In this document: piece by piece, positions 17,644-25,245 of the stretch
Layout: every line of letters begins with the position of its first letter
Position numbering within the stretch: position 1 is the first letter of the stretch
From: a virus
IMG/VR virus record: IMGVR_UViG_3300017698_000040
Span: 1-34,560 of that record
Length of the DNA: 34,560 bases
Direction: 5' to 3' (one strand)
Notes under the pieces: generated by a model
Seen by the model: the letters and a program-made list of their open reading frames with translations, nothing else
Databases searched by the model: none
What the model was told of the DNA's origin: nothing
Position numbers and translations under genes: made by a program

Positions 17644-19365
17644 TCAATTAAACCTGATCTGACTTGCGCCGGTTCCAAGGTTGTTAAGTTGTGAATTACC
17701 GTTGAGTCTTGACCCACCGCCTCCAGATGGTGGTGGGTTGTAACCTGCTGTGAAGTCAAACGCCTCAATCTCTGCATTTGTGTTGCCGATTTCGTTTCCG
17801 AGATATTCCCAGATGTACTCGGTTAACGGGTAGTCTGTATGATCGTAGGCTGTGTCTGTGAACCCTCGTGTTGTGTCGTTTGTTGCCGGGTACGCCCCGC
17901 TAGGCATAGTGTACGACGCGGCAAAGAGATCACGTATTTCGTTGTCGTAAGCCCACGGCCATAAATCGGTTGCTGTTTTAGAGTCCCATCCGGTGTCACC
18001 GTGCCAAGTACCTTCAACGCCAATACGCTTGAGTATGTGGGCCCCGACCATGCCGCTTGACGTTCCTCCGTCGTAGCGATTAGATGTCGTCTCAACTCGT
18101 GGGAGATATAAAAAGTCTGAAGCAAAAGCAACTTGGTTGCTTCCTCTTGCGGTAGCGCCACTAAATGAATTATTTGAGTCAACAGAAAAGCTACCTGTAT
18201 ACGACCCCGCCGTAAGATCTTTAAACAAGCTATTTGTCACACTGTCTGTTAACGACGCCCCGTCATAGGCGAAAGCTAAACGTTGATCTCCGAAAGTATT
18301 TTGATCAAAAATGTCCGTACCTCCTGAATCGGTTGACCCTTTCATTTTCAACGGAACGCTCTCGGTGGGGGTCGTCATCGTTGATTTGTTGCCCCAAAAA
18401 AGAGAGTTGCGTATTTTTAGATTCTGTCCAACAGACCCTTCTAGGTTTATTTGCATAAACCAGTCAATTTCATTGGCGAGGGTAATACATCCGTCAATAC
18501 TGATGTTGTGATTCGACTTAAAAATATACCAAGGATTGTGCTTATCAGTGTTCGACGCCCCAGAAGACGAATTGCTATCGATCAGGATACCGTTCTGGTA
18601 GGCGACGTGATGTGAGCCCTCAAGACCAGTATTGTTATTCCCATAAACTCCGACTAAACTGAACGGATCGCCTGATACCGTATAGTCTCCACGGCCAACA
18701 AAACGGCGGAAAATTATATGGTGAGATTGATCCGCCGTCCCACCAACTCTGAAAGCGTATCTATAGCCACCCGTAAAGGCTATGTCCTCAAATGTAATGT
18801 ACGAGCTATTCCCCCAGGCGGCAAAGCCTGAAGCACTACCGGTGCTACTCTCGACTCGCAAGAATAGTCGCTTAAAAAGTACATGGTCGGCGCCGTCGGC
18901 GACAACGTTTGATGCGTCTGAGTCATCACGATTAATAAGAATAAAACCGTCAACTTTTATATAGCTTCCGGTAACACTTACAAATCGGGCGTTCGAGTCC
19001 CAATTACTATCGGTGTTTGCTCCTGAATCTATCGTGACCGCAAACGGATTCCTTGCCCTGATAGCAGTTAAGCTCCCCGCGGCCCCATCTGGGATTGTCA
19101 AGAGCCCGAGAAGCCCGTCTTGTCTCCCGATAGCATTTACTAGTCCTGAATATACCCCATCGTCAACTATGACCTCATCACCGCCAGACATCTCAGCAAT
19201 TGCAGCGCCTATCGTTCCGTAGCTGTTAGCGTCTGTCCAATCATCAGCGATAGATGCGCCGATAGTCTTTGTCCCTGTTGTCTTAACGTGGAACACTGCT
19301 GCATTGACGTTACATGTAATTGATAGAAAAACAACGACGGATAGAAGTATTTTATATCTTAACAT
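17644..19365 (-). CDS. Secreted right-handed beta-helix protein (573 aa), putative polysaccharide lyase/hydrolase
   Basis: The signal peptide is MLRYKILLSVVVFLSITCNVNA|AV. The opening FHVKTTG...GTIGAAIAEMSGGDEVIVDDGVYSG is typical of beta-helix enzymes, and N/G/S/D-rich repeats follow. A GAGAGG SD is present. Confidence 0.75.
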   Translation of the reverse strand: MLRYKILLSVVVFLSITCNVNAAVFHVKTTGTKTIGASIADDWTDANSYGTIGAAIAEMSGGDEVIVDDGVYSGLVNAIGRQDGLLGLLTIPDGAAGSLTAIRARNPFAVTIDSGANTDSNWDSNARFVSVTGSYIKVDGFILINRDDSDASNVVADGADHVLFKRLFLRVESSTGSASGFAAWGNSSYITFEDIAFTGGYRYAFRVGGTADQSHHIIFRRFVGRGDYTVSGDPFSLVGVYGNNNTGLEGSHHVAYQNGILIDSNSSSGASNTDKHNPWYIFKSNHNISIDGCITLANEIDWFMQINLEGSVGQNLKIRNSLFWGNKSTMTTPTESVPLKMKGSTDSGGTDIFDQNTFGDQRLAFAYDGASLTDSVTNSLFKDLTAGSYTGSFSVDSNNSFSGATARGSNQVAFASDFLYLPRVETTSNRYDGGTSSGMVGAHILKRIGVEGTWHGDTGWDSKTATDLWPWAYDNEIRDLFAASYTMPSGAYPATNDTTRGFTDTAYDHTDYPLTEYIWEYLGNEIGNTNAEIEAFDFTAGYNPPPSGGGGSRLNGNSQLNNLGTGASQIRFN

Positions 19366-19374
19366 CTCGCCTCT

Positions 19375-19911
19375 CTAATGGGCTGCGTAATTAGCCACAG
19401 TCATTGTAGCTTCGCGCGTTGAACTACTTGTATACAGAGTTCCACAAGTTTCTGCACCGAATGCATGACCTGATCCAGCATCATAGAAGTAAGACATAGC
19501 CGCTGTGTTATGATACTGGATATAATACGTTCCGGCATCCAAGAAAATAGGCGTTGACCACGTAATCTCCCACCATGCAGCAATATTATTCATAACTGCG
19601 GATGAGTTGCTACAAGAACCGACCTGCGTCCCGTTGGTCTCATATATCGCCATTGAGAACGTAGCATTATTAGCCGACTTACTGTAAACATATCCATGCG
19701 AAATAGTTAGCCCGCCCGCTGGGACTGTTATCGTAATACGACGTCCTGAGGTGCTTCCGCCAACCTCAGTGCTTCCGATAGTGGTGTATCCCAACTCCGT
19801 ATCTGGATCACCGCCACCACCACTTTGATAGACCATGGGTATAGGGTACGTCCCTTGACCAGCAAAGCACAGTGATGGTATCAGTAAGGCTAGTATTAAA
19901 AATAATCTCAT
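19375..19911 (-). CDS. Secreted jelly-roll (DUF4082/LamG-like) protein (178 aa)
   Basis: The signal peptide is [17 protein letters not shown]|GQ. It is ATGA-coupled to the upstream gene. The pattern ELGYT..G......ITV.AGGLTIS....Y........F.MAIY..NG........[16 protein letters not shown] resembles glycan-binding jelly-roll domains. Confidence 0.65.
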   Translation of the reverse strand: MRLFLILALLIPSLCFAGQGTYPIPMVYQSGGGGDPDTELGYTTIGSTEVGGSTSGRRITITVPAGGLTISHGYVYSKSANNATFSMAIYETNGTQVGSCSNSSAVMNNIAAWWEITWSTPIFLDAGTYYIQYHNTAAMSYFYDAGSGHAFGAETCGTLYTSSSTREATMTVANYAAH

Positions 19912-20927
19912 CTCAACACACTCCAGTTTAATGTTATGGCTCCTGGAGTAACAGCAGACCCAGATTTATTACAAACCTTAAAATTTACATTGTCTGCTGA
20001 TGGATACGCCACGATATAAACCAGATCACCTACCGGGCTATATCCTGTCACACCAGTTGGATCGCTATTAAAGCCCCAGTTAATTGTGTCTGTTGTAAGC
20101 GTACCTGTTGCCGTTGATGTAACCACCGTTGCGCAAGCACCATCAGAAATTGATACTGTCCCTAGAGCTGATGTCCCACTGGCTATTGATGATGCATATA
20201 ACGTTGCATTGGTAGCGTCATTGCTATATGTATCAACACCGACACCATCGAAAACTCTTAAAGAGTCGTCAGTAGCATTGTATGTGATGTGTCCTGATGC
20301 AACACTTGGGGCTTCATCGGCCAGGATGAAATCAAGGTTAAGAGTGTCAGTCCACTTACTACCAGTAGGTTCGGCTGAATCAGCTACCCTGATAGTCCCA
20401 TCTGAGCCTATAGGTAGTCTGGCATCAGTTGTACTATAAGTATATGTATCGCCTTTCGTTGTTAACGGGCTTGCCCCTCCTCCAGCCGGTGTTGCCCAAT
20501 TTCCATCACCGCGCCAGAATGTTGACGCGCTTGCACCGATTCCACCATTAAGACTAGTTACAGGTAGATTGCCTGTGATATCTGATGCCAGATCTACAAA
20601 TCCCAATGTCAACACTTGGCCTAATATCGTGATGTAGTCTCTTCCCGCAGCGATTGTAACATCAGTTGAATTATCAGTCCCGGCAGGATCAACACCTAAA
20701 TTAGTTCTGGCTGTCGTGTCGTTTGTCAAATCAGACAAGTTATTTGTTGACAACATATCGCCGCCGCCCGGTATTGATTGCCAGGACGCAGTAGAACCAT
20801 CAGTATTAAGGAAATTACCAGCCTGGCCTGATTGACTTGGAAGTGATCCCCCACCTATTGGATAACCCTGATCTGAACCAGCGAAAGCCATCGAACACAA
20901 AAAAAGGAGAATGATAATTGCTCTCAT
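19908..20927 (-). CDS. Tail-fibre-like protein carrying an N-terminal signal peptide (339 aa)
   Basis: The signal peptide is [16 protein letters not shown]|GS. The motifs [28 protein letters not shown] and [37 protein letters not shown] are motifs I associate with phage tail-fibre proteins. An AAGGGGGAA SD is present. Confidence 0.7.
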   Translation of the reverse strand: MRAIIILLFLCSMAFAGSDQGYPIGGGSLPSQSGQAGNFLNTDGSTASWQSIPGGGDMLSTNNLSDLTNDTTARTNLGVDPAGTDNSTDVTIAAGRDYITILGQVLTLGFVDLASDITGNLPVTSLNGGIGASASTFWRGDGNWATPAGGGASPLTTKGDTYTYSTTDARLPIGSDGTIRVADSAEPTGSKWTDTLNLDFILADEAPSVASGHITYNATDDSLRVFDGVGVDTYSNDATNATLYASSIASGTSALGTVSISDGACATVVTSTATGTLTTDTINWGFNSDPTGVTGYSPVGDLVYIVAYPSADNVNFKVCNKSGSAVTPGAITLNWSVLR

Positions 20928-20928
20928 A

Positions 20929-21321
20929 TCAGTTCCCCCTTATTGATACAGTGAAGCCGCTTGTTGTCCCTGCTTCCGTTTTTGTAATAATTATCTTTGC
21001 CCTTGGTGCCATGATCCTACTATATAGCGTTCTATCTGTCCCACCACCGTCTGCAATGGTCGTTGCAACCGGAGCCTCGCCTAGATAAGTATCATCAGTA
21101 GATGACAGCACTGGAACAATCTGCACAGTTGCGCCCTTGTCTATCACAGTATCTACAAATACGTCGACAATATTTCTTGTGTCCACGAATTCTGTGTACG
21201 TTGGGGCAGCGTCTGTCAGCTCTGTGGTGTTTACCCCAACTAGCAACCACGATTTAGAGTCTGCAAACCCTTGATCTGCAAACAAAAGGACAATACCAAT
21301 AACCAATAATACTTTTTTCAT
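20929..21321 (-). CDS. Small secreted beta-rich protein (130 aa precursor)
   Basis: I place the start at ATG 21319-21321, after a GGAGGAG SD, rather than at 21402. The signal peptide is [20 protein letters not shown]|DS. Confidence 0.7.
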   Translation of the reverse strand: MKKVLLVIGIVLLFADQGFADSKSWLLVGVNTTELTDAAPTYTEFVDTRNIVDVFVDTVIDKGATVQIVPVLSSTDDTYLGEAPVATTIADGGGTDRTLYSRIMAPRAKIIITKTEAGTTSGFTVSIRGN

Positions 21322-21352
21322 TATGCTCCTCCATTTGTAAAACTTATCACCA

Positions 21353-22831
21353 TTATTCGAACACGTCAAAGCCGACCTGCGCTTGCACAGGCTTAGCTCC
21401 AAATCGACTATCTTTTATTCTTACCGCGTTTAACCCCTCTCCCTCTCCGTAAAGGGCATATTCGAGAGCTTCGACTGGGTGTGAGTACTCATTCTTGTCT
21501 GGTTCGTCTGTGTATTTTTCACCTGTTACCATAATGCGACGATAACAGAAACCACCTTGCAGACCCTTCCTAATCATCTTAGCTTTCGGGAGTAGGATAA
21601 ATCTAGGTTTTCCGTCCATGCAAAGTTCTTTGATTGGCTCCTCAAGAGATGCACGTCTAAGCATTGGATTGTTGTCTGCTGTTGGATAACAGGTTATTCC
21701 AGCCCCCTGCAGGATTTGGAATGGGGTGTCATCTGTTCCCTGCCCCCTGTTGTTGCCGGAAGGATCACCCCAGCCACGGAAGGTATAGCCTTTATAATTC
21801 TCCTCGATGTATTTCTTTACAGCAGGAGCGAATGAGGCTGCTGATACGTTCTCACTTGTGAATTCGTCAAATACAACCCACCGATTATAAATTGATTGCT
21901 TCTGAGTAAAGGCACAAGCAGGGGTGCGGCCGAAGTCAAAGCCAAGGATAATTGGATCTGTTTTGTTTGGCTCGAAATCCATATCCAGACAGTGGACTGA
22001 ATCAACATAATACGGATGAACCGGCTTACCTTCCGAAACAAATCCATACTCGTTAGCAAGGTTTACCTTTATCCAGTCATCTGTCTTACCGGACATGCCA
22101 CGCTTATAATAATCAGGTGGTAGGTTGTGAATGTTCTCGGCGTTTGGATTTACCTTCCACGCCCCAGCTCTGCCGGTCACTCCCCCTGGCTGTTTGTGGA
22201 ACTTCCAGCCCTCCGGCTTTATTTCTTCAGCATGCTTGTAATACCAGTGGTCTTCATCTGGTGCGTTTGTGTCTCCAAGCATTCCGTGTTGAGTGCAGAC
22301 AACGCCTTCTTTTCTCGATGGATACCGGCCATGTCGAAGATCAAGCATATCTATAACTGACTTCGATAGCTCCTTAACCTCGTTCAACCATATCCATGTT
22401 GCTTGATGCCCCCTGGCCTTCTTTACATGATCAGGACGGTCAAACGCGATGAAGATCACTTCTGACTCAACAATGGTTCCATCTTCAAGCTCGAACAATG
22501 GTCTGTGGGTTGGTGGCTCCTTACTGCCCTGTTTAAACTCTCCTAGTTCACCATGGATTTCAAGGTAGTCTTTGATTGTGGTTGAAAACAGCTCTGAATA
22601 GGTGTTACGGACTGCGATAAATCTGGTTAGGCGCTTGTTGAAGTGTTTATGACCGACAACTTTTACAGGCTCTTGTTCACACATTAAATCAAACATTTTT
22701 AGAATGGTTTGAACTGTCTTACCAGAGCCGAGAGGCCCCATAATAAAAGAAACAGGAGCGCGGCAATCTGCGTACTCCTGCAATACCTTCCCTTGTGGCT
22801 TTAAAACATATTCAATCGTTTTCGCCATCAA
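21353..22831 (-). CDS. terL: Terminase large subunit (492 aa)
   Basis: Walker A is GPLGSGKT and Walker B-like is WIWLNE. A GDTN coupling motif and a C-terminal nuclease-type ILGFDFG are present. The gene overlaps the TerS 3' end. Confidence 0.9.
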   Translation of the reverse strand: MMAKTIEYVLKPQGKVLQEYADCRAPVSFIMGPLGSGKTVQTILKMFDLMCEQEPVKVVGHKHFNKRLTRFIAVRNTYSELFSTTIKDYLEIHGELGEFKQGSKEPPTHRPLFELEDGTIVESEVIFIAFDRPDHVKKARGHQATWIWLNEVKELSKSVIDMLDLRHGRYPSRKEGVVCTQHGMLGDTNAPDEDHWYYKHAEEIKPEGWKFHKQPGGVTGRAGAWKVNPNAENIHNLPPDYYKRGMSGKTDDWIKVNLANEYGFVSEGKPVHPYYVDSVHCLDMDFEPNKTDPIILGFDFGRTPACAFTQKQSIYNRWVVFDEFTSENVSAASFAPAVKKYIEENYKGYTFRGWGDPSGNNRGQGTDDTPFQILQGAGITCYPTADNNPMLRRASLEEPIKELCMDGKPRFILLPKAKMIRKGLQGGFCYRRIMVTGEKYTDEPDKNEYSHPVEALEYALYGEGEGLNAVRIKDSRFGAKPVQAQVGFDVFE

Positions 22832-23186
22832 ATCTCTTCCTCGTGGTGGTTACCTTTAAAGTACCACCAAGATCAACCTTCTCAGTAAAATCAGCTTCCG
22901 ACTTCCCTAGTAGCTCTGAAGCTTTCAACCTGTCACGCATTGACTCTTCATCACTCTTCATGGTTTCCGTCCAAAACCTTTGTCTATCCTGCCTTGTTGC
23001 TATCAGTGGTGCGTTTTCTTCGTCCTGTCTCGCCCTAATATGTGCCATGATGTTAGGGTTTGTTACCATTAACCTTCTTGCATAAGACCTGTTTAAGCCA
23101 GCAGAATCAGCGGCCTTACCAATATCACCATCATATGCAGCTACAAAAAGCTCCCACTTTCTTGTTAGTTTTCTCAACGCTACCAC
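22812..23186 (-). CDS. terS: Terminase small subunit (124 aa, Terminase_2-like)
   Basis: LTRKWELFVAAYDGDIGKAADSAGLNRSYARRLM.NPNI..I matches the HTH opening of the small-terminase family. It lies directly upstream of TerL. The GTG start at 23186 is uncertain. Confidence 0.8.
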   Translation of the reverse strand: MVALRKLTRKWELFVAAYDGDIGKAADSAGLNRSYARRLMVTNPNIMAHIRARQDEENAPLIATRQDRQRFWTETMKSDEESMRDRLKASELLGKSEADFTEKVDLGGTLKVTTTRKRFDGEND

Positions 23187-23187
23187 T

Positions 23188-23262
23188 TTATGAACTCGCT
23201 ATTAACAGAATAAGGATAGAAACGAACAAAACTGATACGTCTACTGTACATATTTCATTCAT
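23188..23262 (-). CDS. Possible hydrophobic mini-peptide (24 aa, MNEICTVDVSVLFVSILILLIASS)
   Basis: An AGGAG SD lies 6 nt before the ATG at 23260-23262. The TAA stop is 1 nt before the TerS GTG. It is below the track threshold. Confidence 0.3.
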   Translation of the reverse strand: MNEICTVDVSVLFVSILILLIASS

Positions 23263-23271
23263 TTTTTACTC

Positions 23272-23481
23272 CTAATCTTTGAATTTACCGAAATCTCTCT
23301 TTGATGGTTCCCAACGTGGAATCTTAAATTCATCTAGGATTCTCTGAGATCCTGAATAGTGAGCGATTTTAGCAAGACAGCGTTCCAGCGTCTCAATGCG
23401 ATGCTCCATATCTTTGATTTGGCTGCTTCCCGCTGTTCTTCGTCCAGGCTTTTCCTTTGTCTGTTCTGTTTCGCTGTTCAT
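23272..23481 (-). CDS. Hypothetical protein (69 aa)
   Basis: ORF track. A strong AAAGGAAG SD precedes the ATG at 23481, and the frame is closed by a TAA 15 nt upstream. Confidence 0.7.
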   Translation of the reverse strand: MNSETEQTKEKPGRRTAGSSQIKDMEHRIETLERCLAKIAHYSGSQRILDEFKIPRWEPSKRDFGKFKD

Positions 23482-23707
23482 ACATCTTCCTTTCGATTAT
23501 TTTTAATTTACAGGAAATGAATATTGCGCTTGTCTTTGCTGTAGCTTCATCGATGATGTACTTCCTAATGTCATTAAATGACTGTTGAGTCATCCCAGCC
23601 TTAGACCAGCAATGAGCTAATTCAACCAGAGCCTCCCCGCCCTTACTTATGTCATCATCACAAAGATATTCAATCGCCTCATCTATTATTTCATTTATAT
23701 CTCTCAT
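23393..23707 (-). CDS. Hypothetical protein (104 aa); its 3' end overlaps the next gene by 89 nt
   Basis: ORF track. It is the first gene after a near-consensus promoter. No SD is present, so the mRNA may be leaderless. Confidence 0.55.
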   Translation of the reverse strand: MRDINEIIDEAIEYLCDDDISKGGEALVELAHCWSKAGMTQQSFNDIRKYIIDEATAKTSAIFISCKLKIIERKMYEQRNRTDKGKAWTKNSGKQPNQRYGASH

Positions 23708-23716
23708 AGTTTAAAT

Positions 23717-23745
23717 ACTATACCAATATTACCATTATTTATCAA
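23717..23745 (-). promoter_or_regulatory. Sigma70-like promoter (TTGATA-N17-TATAGT) heading the terminase/late block
   Basis: On the minus strand the -35 TTGATA is at 23745..23740 and the -10 TATAGT is at 23722..23717, in an AT-rich gap. The expected TSS is about 2-4 nt before the ATG at 23707. Confidence 0.55.
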
Positions 23746-23756
23746 TTTATTACTCG

Positions 23757-23960
23757 TCATGACTGCTCCGAGTCTCTGTCATCAAATGTATTTGCCATAT
23801 CTATGAGACAATACTTGCAAACATCTGAGTTCTTCATGCCTCCTGATATAAAGAAATCAACACTCTTCTTTTTGAATTTAAGTCCCTTATACGTCAACTG
23901 GGAACTTGATTCTTCCATATCACCGCCGCAGACATCACAGTAGTATTTTTCTACCTTCAT
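23757..23960 (-). CDS. Zinc-ribbon protein (67 aa)
   Basis: It has CDVCGG ... CKYC pairs, and a GGGGGAG SD lies upstream of the ATG at 23960. Confidence 0.7.
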   Translation of the reverse strand: MKVEKYYCDVCGGDMEESSSQLTYKGLKFKKKSVDFFISGGMKNSDVCKYCLIDMANTFDDRDSEQS

Positions 23961-23974
23961 TATTCTCCCCCTTC

Positions 23975-24088
23975 CTACATATCGCGGACAGCCTCGATAA
24001 GCTTACATGTCGGACAGTGCTCATCGTAGCAGTCTGAATGTTCAAACTTGCATTTGACTAAATCAGCAGCGGCTATTACCTTCTGCAC
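23975..24088 (-). CDS. Possible Cys/His-rich mini-ORF (37 aa, ..KCKFEHSDCYDEHCPTCK..)
   Basis: There are four Cys and two His within 16 residues. Only a GTG start with poor SD spacing is available, and the ORF overlaps the upstream gene by 26 nt. Confidence 0.25.
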   Translation of the reverse strand: MQKVIAAADLVKCKFEHSDCYDEHCPTCKLIEAVRDM

Positions 24089-24419
24089 CTTTGCTGTGTT
24101 GGGGTGTGGCGTTGAGGGCTTTCTCTGCCATTGATCCATCAAGCGAAGCTCCCTGCCTACTTGATATTCCCTCTAAAGCATCCCGCATCACAACGTTCTC
24201 AGCCTTGAGTTTATCAACTTTACTACTAAGCTCAGAAAGCCTAACCGCTGCATTTGCACAAACTAAATCAGCATCTCGGTCAAGCTCTGCTGGAACACGC
24301 ATAGTAATTTCATGACTAACGTTCCCTTTTTTTCTAGCAAAAACGTCTGACAAATATGCTAATCTACTACTAAGAGCCTTCGTAGGCACCTCTGAAAATT
24401 CTTTAAAATCTGTACTCAT
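24063..24419 (-). CDS. Hypothetical coiled-coil protein (118 aa)
   Basis: I place the start at ATG 24417-24419, after a GGAGGAGGTG SD, rather than at 24461. Confidence 0.7.
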   Translation of the reverse strand: MSTDFKEFSEVPTKALSSRLAYLSDVFARKKGNVSHEITMRVPAELDRDADLVCANAAVRLSELSSKVDKLKAENVVMRDALEGISSRQGASLDGSMAEKALNATPQHSKGAEGNSRC

Positions 24420-24432
24420 CTTTTCACCTCCT

Positions 24433-24487
24433 CCCCTCCCCACCAACATCAACAAATTCACTACAAAATATTGTGGTGGCGGGAGGG
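24433..24487 (-). promoter_or_regulatory. Imperfect GC-rich hairpin immediately 5' of the SD of the 118-aa gene
   Basis: cccctccccacca (24433..24445) pairs with tggtggcgggaggg (24474..24487) in about 12 pairs, with one bulge and one mismatch, around a 28-nt loop. The distal arm overlaps a GGGCGTTAG motif copy. Confidence 0.45.
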
Positions 24488-24495
24488 CGTTAGAG
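24485..24495 (-). repeat. Motif B copy (plus strand GGGCGTTAGAG; minus strand CTCTAACGCCC)
   Basis: One of three exact GGGCGTTAG copies on the same strand within 1.3 kb. This copy is not attached to a stop codon. Confidence 0.6.
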
Positions 24496-24524
24496 TTAAT
24501 TTATTTTAGCTATCGTGTAACTTG

Positions 24525-24582
24525 CTGATATTGTGTTGTGGTTTTCTGTCTAGCACCATATTGGCTCACAATATTCTGTCTA
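24525..24582 (-). promoter_or_regulatory. Two tandem promoter-like elements (TAGACA-N16-TATGGT and TAGACA-N16-TATCAG) with ATATTGTG/CACAATAT repeats
   Basis: The direct repeat ttctgtcta occurs at 24544..24552 and 24574..24582. atattgtg occurs at 24468..24475 and 24528..24535, and its inverse cacaatat at 24567..24574. Confidence 0.4.
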
Positions 24583-24625
24583 TCTCACTGTTGTATTGCT
24601 TAAAAAGTTTAGCCCTGCCCCACGC

Positions 24626-24877
24626 TCAAATATCTTTAAGGTGCTCGCCAAGAAACGCTATAATTTCTTCAGCCTTTTCCTTATCAATATCAATGCTCGT
24701 TTCGCTGTCGCTGTATCCGTGAGCAGGTGAATGTTCCACGTAATCAAGGGTCAAACTGCTACCGAACCCGGTATATTTCGTTAATTCGAAACGGCAGGTT
24801 TTACTAATTTCCAATATTTTTTCTTCCACGCTCAATCCTTTCTGCAATACAACAAGCCGCCCAACTCGACGAAACAT
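24626..24877 (-). CDS. Hypothetical protein (83 aa; start uncertain)
   Basis: ORF track. The ATG at 24877 lacks an SD, whereas an internal GVG-frame GTG (V17) has an AAAGGA SD. Confidence 0.55.
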   Translation of the reverse strand: MFRRVGRLVVLQKGLSVEEKILEISKTCRFELTKYTGFGSSLTLDYVEHSPAHGYSDSETSIDIDKEKAEEIIAFLGEHLKDI

Positions 24878-24922
24878 GTCTCTGTTTTATTATTTATCCG
24901 GCCTACCGCCGCAAGTTAGCTA

Positions 24923-24934
24923 GGGCGTTAGGCA
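24923..24934 (-). repeat. Motif B copy spanning the stop codon of the 105-aa gene (GGGCGTTAGGCA)
   Basis: GTTAGGC (24927..24933) is complementary to GCCTAAC (25260..25266) in the 5' leader of the same gene. Confidence 0.6.
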
Positions 24935-25233
24935 GCAAAACAAACGTCAACGAACAGCCCTGACTCCATCTCAAAATAGACATTACCCTGGAAATCATCA
25001 CCGCAAATCCCGCATGTTTGGTCTACCCATTCGTAATTAAATCCGGGAACGTCTGACTCTTGCTTGTCGCCTTTCGGCTCATCGGTAAAACCAACGATAG
25101 ACACATGTTGGAAATCCCGCCTTAAGGTTTCTAGGACTATTTGCAATCTATCAATCACCCCTACCTTTTTTTTCTGTCGCTGACGGCGCGCCCTGTCTCC
25201 AAAAATGTCTGCACTTGTTAATCCATCACTCAT
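24928..25233 (-). CDS. Hypothetical protein (101 aa)
   Basis: I place the start at ATG 25231-25233, 5 nt after a GGAGGTGG SD, rather than at 25245. Confidence 0.7.
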   Translation of the reverse strand: MSDGLTSADIFGDRARRQRQKKKVGVIDRLQIVLETLRRDFQHVSIVGFTDEPKGDKQESDVPGFNYEWVDQTCGICGDDFQGNVYFEMESGLFVDVCFAA

Positions 25234-25245
25234 ATCCACCTCCAT

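Noticed and set aside
1259-20439. Numerous 60-170 aa plus-strand track ORFs inside the large minus-strand virion genes (for example 1259..1762, 5815..6156, 10001..10462, 13174..13581, 15465..15800, 20086..20439)
   Set aside because: They are fully embedded antisense to long, well-supported genes. They have no SD sites, and their composition is biased toward Ser/Leu/Pro, which is typical of shadow ORFs.
342-20927. Lipoprotein (o-spanin or Llp-like) candidates: MTDC at the start of the 96-aa lysis protein, and LFLC / SLC in the signal peptides of the 339- and 178-aa proteins
   Set aside because: None fits the lipobox [LVI][ASTVI][GAS]C. The 96-aa protein has no signal sequence before its Cys, and the other two have better AXA signal peptidase I sites just downstream.
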